From positions 32,001 to 96,000 of the forward strand of contig CAWFDF010000008.1 in assembly GCA_963814585.1 (NCBI GenBank): a stretch of DNA of 64,000 bases, read 5' to 3'. This document shows, one piece after another, positions 53,784 through 64,000 of the stretch (position 1 is its first letter; the number at the start of each line of letters is the position of its first letter). The notes under the pieces were generated by a model. It made no database searches, was not told where the DNA came from, and saw only the letters and a program-made list of their open reading frames with translations. The position numbers and the translations under genes are program-made. The DNA comes from an uncultured delta proteobacterium. Its GTDB lineage: Bacteria; Myxococcota; Myxococcia; Myxococcales; Anaeromyxobacteraceae.

Positions 53784-54905
53784 CGCGCCGGACGCTCCAT
53801 CATCCCCACGAACCGGCCGAAGAGCGAGCGGGCGTCGTGGGGCCCGGGGGCCGCCTCCGGGTGGTACTGGACGCTGAAGGCGGGCACGTCGAGCGCCTCG
53901 ATCCCCTCCACCGTCCCGTCGTTGAGGTTGACGTGGGTGACCCGGGCGCGCCGGCCCAGCGACTGGTCGTCCACGGCGAAGCCGTGGTTCTGGACCGTGA
54001 TGTCCACCTTGCCGGTGGCGAGATCCTTGACCGGCTGGTTGGCGCCACGGTGACCGAACTTGAGCTTGTAGGTGCGGGCGCCGAGCGCCAGGGAGAGGAT
54101 CTCGGTGACCCAGGCAGATGCCGAACACCGGCACCTTGCCGAGCAGCGCCGCCACCGTCTCCCTGGCACCTTCCACCGCCGCCGGATCGCCCGGGCCGTT
54201 GGTGAGGAAGACGCCGTCGGGCTTCAGGGCCAGCGCGTCGGCCGAGGTGGTTCGGCCCGGCACCACGGTGATGCGGCAGCCCTGCTCCGCCAGCAGCCGG
54301 AGCATGGCGCGCTTCAGCCCCCAGTCGTAGGCGACCACGTGGAAGCGCGGCGACCGGACCTCGCCCCGCCCCGCCTCGGTCCAGGCGTCGGCCCCGGTCT
54401 CGCGCCACTCGTAGCGGCTGGGCGTCGAGATGCGGGTGGCGAGGTCCTGCCCCTCCATCCCGGGCAGGGCCCGGGCCCGCTCGACCAGCGCGGCGGCGCT
54501 GCCCGTGCTGGAGATGATCCCCATCTGCGCGCCCTGGGTCCTCAGGTGGCGGACCAGCCGGCGGGTGTCGATCCCCACCAGGCCGACCACCCCGTGGCGC
54601 CTCAGGTAGGCGTCCAGCCCCTCCTGGGCCCGGAAGCTGGACGGCAGCTCGGCGTGGTGGCGGGCGATGAAGCCAGTGGCATGGACCCGGGCCGACTCGT
54701 CGTCGGCGACGTTGCACCCGTAGTTCCCCTGCTCCGGGTAGGTCATGCAGACCATCTGTCCGACGTAGGACGGGTCGGTGAGGATCTCCTGGTACCCGGT
54801 GAGCGAGGTGTTGAAGACGACCTCGCCACGGGCCTCGCCGGAGGCGCCGAAGGCGGTGCCCTCGAAGGTGGCGCCATCCGCCAGCGCCAGGATGGCCCTG
54901 GTCAT
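53780..54905 (-). CDS. carA: Carbamoyl-phosphate synthase small subunit, apparent +1 frameshift at ~54104
   Basis: [52 protein letters not shown] and QYHPE; removing one G restores CLGHQIL. Confidence 0.92.
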
Positions 54906-56203
54906 CGCGGCTCCTCGCCGCCCGCGTGGACCAGCCGCCCGCCGACGATGGCGTGCGTGCAGCGCCCGGTCAGGCGCCGCCCCTTCCACGGGGAGTTGGT
55001 GCTCCTGGAGTGCAGGCTCTCCGCGGTGCAGAGCCACTCGGCGGCCGGATCGAGGATGGCCACGTCGGCCGGGGCGCCCCGGGCCAGCGTGCCTCCGGGC
55101 AGGCGGAAGGCCCGGGCCGGCGCCACGGTCAACGCCTCGACGAGCCGCCTCTCGGTGATCCGGCCCGCCCTGGCCAGGGCCAGGCAGACCGGGAAGGCGG
55201 TCTCCAGCCCGACGATGCCGTTCAAGGCGGCGTCGAACTCCAGCGCCTTCTCCACCGGCGAGTGCGGCGCGTGGTCGGTGGCGATGCAATCGAGGGTGCC
55301 ATCGGCCAGGCCGGCCACGCAGGCCTCCACGTCGGCCGCCGAGCGGAGCGGCGGGCACATCTTGAAGTCGGTGGAGTACCCCGAGGCGGCCAGGTCCTCG
55401 TCGGTGAGCGAGAGGTGGTGCGGCGTCACCTCGGCGGTGACCGCCAGCCCCCGCGCCTTGGCGTCTCGAACCGCCCGCACGGTGCCGGCCGACGAGGCGT
55501 GGGCGATGTGGACCCGCCCCCCGGTCAGCTCGGCCAGCGCGATGTCGCGCAGCACCATCACCTCCTCGGCCTGCCCGGGGATCCCCTTGAGGCCGAGGCG
55601 CGTGGAGGCCGCCCCCTCGTGCATCACGCCCTTTCCCGCCAGCGCCAGGTCCTCCTCGTGGACCGTGAGCGGCAGGTCGAAGGCCCGGGCGTACTCCAGC
55701 GCCCGCCTCATCAGCGACGAGGAGCTCACGGGCAGGCCGTCGTCGGAGAGGGCCACGCAGCCCCCGGCCTTGAGCTCGCCGTACTCGGCCAGCTCCTCAC
55801 CGCTGGAGCCCCTGGAGATGCAGCCGCACGGGTAGACCCGGGCCAGCCCGGCCGCGGCCGCCCGCGCCAGGATCAGCTCGGTGACGGCCAGGGTGTCGTT
55901 GACCGGCCTGGTGTTGGGCATGCAGACGATGGAGGTGAAGCCGCCGGCCACCGCCGCCCGGGCCCCGGTCGCGACCGTCTCCTTGTACTCCTGCCCCGGC
56001 TCGCGCAGGTGCACGTGCAGGTCGATGAAGCCGGGCGTCACCCAGCGGCCGCGAGCGTCGATGAGGGTGGCGCCGGCGACGCGCTCGGCGCGCTCCGCCA
56101 CCTCGGCCACCTTCCCGTCGCGCAGCACCACCGTCCGGACCGCGTCGACACCCGAGGCCGGGTCGATGACCCGCCCGCCTTCGATGATGATCACGTTGCT
56201 CAC
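54902..56203 (-). CDS. pyrC: Dihydroorotase (type I)
   Basis: PGFIDLHVHLREPG, MPNT, EVTPHHL and ATDHAPH motifs. Confidence 0.93.
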   Translation of the reverse strand: MSNVIIIEGGRVIDPASGVDAVRTVVLRDGKVAEVAERAERVAGATLIDARGRWVTPGFIDLHVHLREPGQEYKETVATGARAAVAGGFTSIVCMPNTRPVNDTLAVTELILARAAAAGLARVYPCGCISRGSSGEELAEYGELKAGGCVALSDDGLPVSSSSLMRRALEYARAFDLPLTVHEEDLALAGKGVMHEGAASTRLGLKGIPGQAEEVMVLRDIALAELTGGRVHIAHASSAGTVRAVRDAKARGLAVTAEVTPHHLSLTDEDLAASGYSTDFKMCPPLRSAADVEACVAGLADGTLDCIATDHAPHSPVEKALEFDAALNGIVGLETAFPVCLALARAGRITERRLVEALTVAPARAFRLPGGTLARGAPADVAILDPAAEWLCTAESLHSRSTNSPWKGRRLTGRCTHAIVGGRLVHAGGEEPR

Positions 56204-57141
56204 GCCTTGGCCTCCGCGGGATCGCCGCCGGCGAGGAGGTAGAGGATCGCCATCCGGACCGCGACCCCGTTCTGGACCTGGTCGAGGATGACGCTGTGGG
56301 GGCCGTCGGCGACGTCGGGGGAGAGCTCGACGCCGCGGTTGATGGGGCCGGGGTGGAGGATGAGCGCGGACGGCGTGAGCCAGTCCCTGGCCTTCTTGGC
56401 GTTCAGGCCCCAGAGCTTGGAGTACTCGCGGGTGTTGGGGATGAGCGGGTCGCCGATCCGCTCGTGCTGGATGCGGAGCATGACCACCGCGTCGGCCCCC
56501 TCGACGGCAGTGCGCAGGTCGTGGGTGACGGTGCAGCCCAGCTGCTCGACGCCGGCCGGAATCATGGTGGGCGGGCCGCAGAGGCGGACCCTGGTGCCCA
56601 GCTTGGTGAAGGCGTGGAGGTCGGAGCGGGCCACGCGGCTGTGGCTGATGTCGCCCACGATGGCGAGCGTCCTCCCCTCCAGCGTCCCCAGCCTCTCGCG
56701 GATGGTGAAGCAGTCGAGCAGCCCCTGGCTGGGGTGCTCGTGGGCGCCGTCGCCGGCCGAGACCACGGCGCAGGCGACGTGCTCGGACACCAGCCGCGGC
56801 GCGCCGCTGGCCGAGTGGCGGATCACCAGCACGTCGGGGCGCATGGCCTCCAGGTTGCGGGCGGTGTCGACCAGGGTCTCGCCCTTGGTGACCGAGGAGC
56901 TGGCGGAGGTCCAGTTGAGGGCGTCGGCGGAGAGCACCTTGGCGGCGATCTCGAAGGAGCTGCGCGTCCGGGTGGAGGCCTCGAAGAAGAGGTTCACCAC
57001 CGACTTGCCCCGGAGGCTCGGCACCTTCTTGATCGGCCGCCGCAGCACCTCCTTCATGGAGACCGCCAGGTCGAGCACCAGCAGCAGCTCCTCCCTGGAG
57101 AAGTCCTCCAGCGCGATGCAGTGCTTCTGTCGGCCGATCAT
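56200..57141 (-). CDS. pyrB: Aspartate carbamoyltransferase catalytic subunit
   Basis: FFEASTRTRSSFE, HEHPSQGLLD, HSRVARS, LRIQHER and HPGPINRGVE motifs. Confidence 0.95.
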   Translation of the reverse strand: MIGRQKHCIALEDFSREELLLVLDLAVSMKEVLRRPIKKVPSLRGKSVVNLFFEASTRTRSSFEIAAKVLSADALNWTSASSSVTKGETLVDTARNLEAMRPDVLVIRHSASGAPRLVSEHVACAVVSAGDGAHEHPSQGLLDCFTIRERLGTLEGRTLAIVGDISHSRVARSDLHAFTKLGTRVRLCGPPTMIPAGVEQLGCTVTHDLRTAVEGADAVVMLRIQHERIGDPLIPNTREYSKLWGLNAKKARDWLTPSALILHPGPINRGVELSPDVADGPHSVILDQVQNGVAVRMAILYLLAGGDPAEAKA

Positions 57142-57674
57142 CGCCCTCTCCTCGTGGTGACGACGACCGCGTCCTCGGCCGCCCCGTCCTCGCGCAGCGT
57201 CACCTGGACGTCCTGTCCGTCCGGCACGTCCAGCCTGGCCCCGGCGAAGTCGGCGGCGATGGGCAGCTCGTGGCCGCCACGGTCCACCAGGACCACCAGC
57301 CAGACCCGCCTGGGCCGGCCGAAGTCGACCAGCTCGTCGAGCGCGGCCCGCACGGTGCGACCGGTGTAGAGCACGTCGTCCACCAGCAGGACCGTCCTGC
57401 CCTCGAGGGGAAAGCGGATGTCGGTGGGTCCCACCACCGGGGCGGCCCCGCGGACGGCCAGGTCGTCGCGGTAGAGGGCGATGTCCAGCGTCCCCAGCGG
57501 CGGCTGATGACCCAGCCGCCTGGCCAGATCGGCCCGGAGCCGGGCCGCCAGGTGGACGCCGCCGCGACGGACGCCGACGATGGCCAGGCTGTCGGTCGCG
57601 CCGGCCTCGACGGCCCGCGCGGCGATCTCCTGGCCGAGCCTCGCCATGACCTGCTCGATGACCTGCGAGTTCAT
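57138..57674 (-). CDS. pyrR: PyrR (pyrimidine operon regulator / uracil phosphoribosyltransferase)
   Basis: LDIALYRDD, VLLVDDVLYTGRTVRAALD and VDRGGHELPI motifs. Confidence 0.9.
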   Translation of the reverse strand: MNSQVIEQVMARLGQEIAARAVEAGATDSLAIVGVRRGGVHLAARLRADLARRLGHQPPLGTLDIALYRDDLAVRGAAPVVGPTDIRFPLEGRTVLLVDDVLYTGRTVRAALDELVDFGRPRRVWLVVLVDRGGHELPIAADFAGARLDVPDGQDVQVTLREDGAAEDAVVVTTRRGR

Positions 57675-57694
57675 GCCTCCCCCACCGCCACCGC

Positions 57695-58156
57695 TCACCA
57701 CTTCACTGGCGAGATGTCCTGCTCCAACTCGATGGCAAAGGTCTTCTCGGTGAACCGATCGAGGATCGGGTAGTGAACGCTGGTGGTGTACTCGAAGGCG
57801 ATCCGCAGGGTCCGGGGCATGCTGTCGGCGTGGCGCTCCCAGGTCACGTCCTCGGGCCGCAGGTCGACCGCCGGCACCACCGAGATGGAACCGTCCGGCG
57901 CTGGCGACTTGACCGTCGCCAGCGCTCCCAGCTTCTCGCACAGCTGCGCCAGCAGCTGGACGTCATCGCGGTTGTTGACCGCCCGGTTGGCGAACTCGCC
58001 GGTCACCACGCCCACCTCGTAGCGCACGATGTAGATGGGCCCCCAGACCAGCGCCAGGTAGCCCCCGCCGACCAGCAGGAGCAGCAGCACCACGGTGACC
58101 CAGGAGATCTCCCCGCGCTCCAGGGAGCGCGGGCGAGGCGTGGCGGAGGCGTTCAT
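57695..58156 (-). CDS. Hypothetical membrane-anchored protein with a pilin-like N-terminus (DUF4845-like)
   Basis: ERG|EISWVTVVLLLLLVGGGYLALVWGPIY; directly follows lepB, as DUF4845 does in lepA-lepB operons. Confidence 0.6.
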   Translation of the reverse strand: MNASATPRPRSLERGEISWVTVVLLLLLVGGGYLALVWGPIYIVRYEVGVVTGEFANRAVNNRDDVQLLAQLCEKLGALATVKSPAPDGSISVVPAVDLRPEDVTWERHADSMPRTLRIAFEYTTSVHYPILDRFTEKTFAIELEQDISPVKW

Positions 58157-58174
58157 CGGGGATCGCTTGTACCC

Positions 58175-58990
58175 CTACTCGACCGGTTTGAGAAGGCGGT
58201 CGAGGCGCACGCCCTGGCCGTCCGTCGCGCCGGGCCACCACCCTCCCGGCCCCCACCCCCACGCCACCAGCGCCACCCGGCCGACCACGTCCTCGACCGG
58301 CACCTGCCACTCGCCGTCGCGGCCGTCGCTGGAGCGGTCACGGTTGTCGCCGAGCACGAAGAGGAAGCCCCTCCCGACCGGCCCGAAGGGTCCCTCGTTC
58401 CGGCCGGGCCGGACCCGGCGGCACTGGAGGAGCTCGTGCCCCATGGCCCCGGAGCGCGTCGCCCGGGCCCAGGCCTCGGCCTGGGCCTCGGGCCCGTCGT
58501 CGATGGAGCCGGCCAGCGGCCCGAGCGCCAGCATCTCGCGGAAGGCGCGGCAGGTGTCGAAGCGGAGCGAGCCGGTCTCCCCGTCCCGCTCCGGGTAGGT
58601 GCGCTCGCCGACCGCCAGGCGGGGCTGCGCCACGCCCTCCACGAAGAGCTGCTGCTCGCGCAGCTCGATCACGTCGCCCTCCACGCCGATCACCCGCCGG
58701 ACCAGCAGCCGGGAGCGGTCGCGCGGGTCCCTGAAGACCACCACGTCGCCGCGCCGCGGGACCGCCAGCGGCACCACGGTGTGGTCGGTGAAGGGGGCCT
58801 TGAGGCCGTAGGCCAGCCTCGAGACCATCACCACGTCGCCGTCGAGGAGCGTCGGCGCCATCGAGCCTCCCGGGACGGCGAACGGCTCGGCCACCGATCC
58901 TCGCAGCAGCAGGACCACCGTCGCCGCCGCCACCGAGGGCCAGAGCAGGTCGCGCCACCAGGGGCCGGGACGGGCCGATCCCCCCGGCAC
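58175..58990 (-). CDS. lepB: Signal peptidase I homologue (S26) with the catalytic Lys replaced by Arg
   Basis: TM helix then EPFAVPGGSMAPTL (box B), RGDVVVF (box C), LLVRRVIGVEGD (box D, K->R) and FVLGDNRDRSSDGR (box E); follows lepA. Confidence 0.85.
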   Translation of the reverse strand: MPGGSARPGPWWRDLLWPSVAAATVVLLLRGSVAEPFAVPGGSMAPTLLDGDVVMVSRLAYGLKAPFTDHTVVPLAVPRRGDVVVFRDPRDRSRLLVRRVIGVEGDVIELREQQLFVEGVAQPRLAVGERTYPERDGETGSLRFDTCRAFREMLALGPLAGSIDDGPEAQAEAWARATRSGAMGHELLQCRRVRPGRNEGPFGPVGRGFLFVLGDNRDRSSDGRDGEWQVPVEDVVGRVALVAWGWGPGGWWPGATDGQGVRLDRLLKPVE

Positions 58991-58995
58991 GCCGG

Positions 58996-60801
58996 TCAGT
59001 CCTCGACCTTGAGGACCGCCAGGAAGGCCGACTGCGGAATCTCCACGCTCCCCACCTGCTTCATCCGCTTCTTGCCCTCCTTCTGCTTCTCCAGGAGCTT
59101 GCGCTTGCGGGAGATGTCGCCGCCGTAGCACTTGGCGATGACGTTCTTCCGGAAGGCCTTCACCGTCTCCCGGGCGATCACCTTGGCGCCGATGGCGGCC
59201 TGGATGGCCACCTCGTACATCTGCTTGGGGATCTCCTCCTTGAGCTTCTGGCAGACGTCGCGGCCGCGGTGGTAGGCGTTCTCGCGGTGGACGATGATGC
59301 TGAGGGCGTCGACCGGCTCGCCGTTGATGAGGATGTCCAGCTTGACCAGGTCGGCCTCGTCGTAGCCGCGGAGCTCGTAGTCGAGGCTGGCGTAGCCGCG
59401 GCTGATGCTCTTCAGGCGGTCGAAGAAGTCGAAGACCACCTCGGCCAGCGGGATGTCGTAGGTGATCTGCACGCGCGTGGTGCCGACGTACCGCATGTCC
59501 TTCTGCACGCCGCGCCGGTCCTGGCAGAGCTTGAGGATGTTGCCGACGTCCTCGGTCCGGGCGTGGATGTGGCAGGTGAGGATCGGCTCCTCGAGCCTGG
59601 CGATCCGCTGCACCGGCGGCAGCTTGGCCGGGTTGTCGATCTCCTCGACCTTCCCGGTGGTGTCGGTGACCCGGTAGACCACCGACGGCGCGGTGGTGAT
59701 GAGCGACAGGTTGTACTCGCGCTCCAGTCGCTCCTGGACGATCTCCATGTGGAGCAGGCCCAGGTACCCGCAGCGGTAGCCGAAGCCGAGCGCCTGCGAG
59801 GTCTCCGCCTCGTAGGTGAAGGCCGAGTCGTTGAGCTTGAGCTTGTCGAGCGCGTCGCGCAGCTGCTCGTAGTCGGCGGCGTCGATGGGGAAGACGCCGC
59901 TGAAGACCATGGGCTTCACCACCTTGAAGCCCGGGAACGGGGCCGCCACCGGGCGGTCCTGCTCGGTGATGGTGTCGCCCACCTTGGCGTCGTGCACGTC
60001 CTTGACGTTCGCGACGCAGACCCCCACCTCCCCGGCCATGAGCGAGGGCACGGCGGCGGCGAAAGGCGTGAAGACGCCCAGCTCCTGGACCTCGAACTCC
60101 TTCTTGTTGGACCAGAGGACGATCTTCTGCCTGGGCTTCAGCGTCCCCTCGAAGACCCGGACCAGCATCACCACGCCGCGGTAGCTGTCGTACCAGGAGT
60201 CGAAGATGATGGCCTTGAGCGGCGCCGCCGGATCGCCCGACGGTGGCGGCACCAGGTGCACCACCTGCTCGAGGATCTCGCGGATGCCGATCCCCTCCTT
60301 GGCAGAGCACGGCACGGCGGTGGAGGCGTCGAGCCCGATCACCTCCTCGATCTCGCGTCGCACCGCCTCGACGTCGGCGCTGGGCAGGTCGATCTTGTTG
60401 ATGACCGGGATGATGGCGAGGTCGTGGTCGAGGGCCTGGTAGACGTTGGCCAGGGTCTGGGCCTCGACCCCCTGGGTGGCGTCGACCACCAGCACCGCCC
60501 CCTCGCAGGCGGCCAGGGAGCGCGAGACCTCGTAGGCGAAGTCGACGTGGCCGGGAGTGTCGATGAGGTTGAGCTGGTAGGTCCGGCCGTCGAGCGCGGT
60601 GTAGCGCATCCGGACCGTCTGGGCCTTGATGGTGATGCCGCGCTCGCGCTCCAGCTCCATGTTGTCGAGGAACTGGGCCTGGGCCTCGCGCTTGGTCACG
60701 GTCCCGGTCACGTCGAGCAGGCGATCGGCCAGCGTGGACTTGCCGTGATCGATGTGCGCGATGATGGAGAAGTTGCGGATGTGCGCGTTCTGCTCGGCCA
60801 T
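58996..60801 (-). CDS. lepA: Elongation factor 4 (LepA)
   Basis: [43 protein letters not shown] and [25 protein letters not shown] motifs. Confidence 0.97.
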   Translation of the reverse strand: MAEQNAHIRNFSIIAHIDHGKSTLADRLLDVTGTVTKREAQAQFLDNMELERERGITIKAQTVRMRYTALDGRTYQLNLIDTPGHVDFAYEVSRSLAACEGAVLVVDATQGVEAQTLANVYQALDHDLAIIPVINKIDLPSADVEAVRREIEEVIGLDASTAVPCSAKEGIGIREILEQVVHLVPPPSGDPAAPLKAIIFDSWYDSYRGVVMLVRVFEGTLKPRQKIVLWSNKKEFEVQELGVFTPFAAAVPSLMAGEVGVCVANVKDVHDAKVGDTITEQDRPVAAPFPGFKVVKPMVFSGVFPIDAADYEQLRDALDKLKLNDSAFTYEAETSQALGFGYRCGYLGLLHMEIVQERLEREYNLSLITTAPSVVYRVTDTTGKVEEIDNPAKLPPVQRIARLEEPILTCHIHARTEDVGNILKLCQDRRGVQKDMRYVGTTRVQITYDIPLAEVVFDFFDRLKSISRGYASLDYELRGYDEADLVKLDILINGEPVDALSIIVHRENAYHRGRDVCQKLKEEIPKQMYEVAIQAAIGAKVIARETVKAFRKNVIAKCYGGDISRKRKLLEKQKEGKKRMKQVGSVEIPQSAFLAVLKVED

Positions 60802-60931
60802 GTGGGAGCGGGCTTGTAGCACGCGCGGGGCCGCTCAGGCCACGCCGCCGGATCCGATTCCGAGGGTCTCGCCGCGGCTGTCAAGGACTCTCTGCTGTCT
60901 CCCTGGGACCCATACGGGTACTTGCCGGGAA

Positions 60932-60980
60932 CTCCCTGTATCTTGTGGTGAATTACATTGTCCCACACAATAGGTGGTGG
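60932..60980. promoter_or_regulatory. Tandem NrdR boxes upstream of nrdJ
   Basis: CCCTGTATCTTGTG (60934-47) and CACAATAGGTGGTG (60966-79) resemble the acaCwAtATaTwGtg NrdR box and are 32 bp apart, upstream of an RNR gene. Confidence 0.8.
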
Positions 60981-60988
60981 TCTCTTCG

Positions 60989-61016
60989 TTGACACCCGCC
61001 TACCGCTTGCTACATT
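60989..61016 (+). promoter_or_regulatory. Sigma70 promoter of nrdJ
   Basis: TTGACA-N16-TACATT with an extended -10 TGn, immediately downstream of the NrdR boxes. Confidence 0.7.
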
Positions 61017-61239
61017 GACCTTCCGCTGAGGTGTGGCGGGAAGCACGGAGGAGCGGGCGGCGGGTCGGGCGGCGGGCTCCCAGGGCGGGCACCCTTCGTT
61101 GTCAGACCACCAAGCTAATCCCCCGGTTCATCGACGCGAGCCGGCCGGGGGGGAGTCGTCGACGCGCGCATGGCATCCCCGCGCGTGAACGGGAACGGTC
61201 TTGCCTGGAGCGTGAGCTCCCGGGCGGAGGTACGGAGAG

Positions 61240-64000
<2,761 letters not shown>

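Noticed and set aside
53100..55358. Apparent CarA-hypothetical fusion ORF
   Set aside because: Caused by the +1 frameshift at ~54104. CarA ends at 53780 in the corrected frame.

Overview
Very GC-rich bacterial chromosomal segment. Gene content and order point to an Anaeromyxobacter-like member of Myxococcota (inference). About 58 genes, mostly on the minus strand. The left part holds a truncated ribA, panE, an FAH-family gene, DUF475, an AEC transporter and a tartronate-semialdehyde reductase. These converge on a glycolate/glyoxylate cluster (alanine/serine-glyoxylate aminotransferase, glcDEF, TRAP transporter), followed by a Hanks-type Ser/Thr kinase-TPR protein and an M3 peptidase. The rest is core genome: mutT-bamB-yfgM-der-era-2x cyclophilin-rnc-meaB, a leucine-catabolism-type (liu) cluster, thiC, eno, hom, rlmN, ndk-sucDC-icd, carA-pyrC-pyrB-pyrR, lepB-lepA, and a divergent class II ribonucleotide reductase (nrdJ) with tandem NrdR boxes. 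I see no rRNA, tRNA, CRISPR array, transposase or prophage. About 13 single-base frameshifts in otherwise intact conserved genes look like long-read consensus errors. The most interesting leads are: (1) a double HARE-HTH protein fused to an apparently catalytically dead Mrr-like domain and a charged disordered tail, under a near-consensus sigma70 promoter; (2) a signal peptidase I paralogue whose catalytic Lys is Arg; (3) SucD with a histone-H1-like KAPA tail; (4) a glycolate cluster that may route glyoxylate through an aminotransferase rather than Gcl or malate synthase; (5) several structured leaders. None is proven novel from sequence alone.
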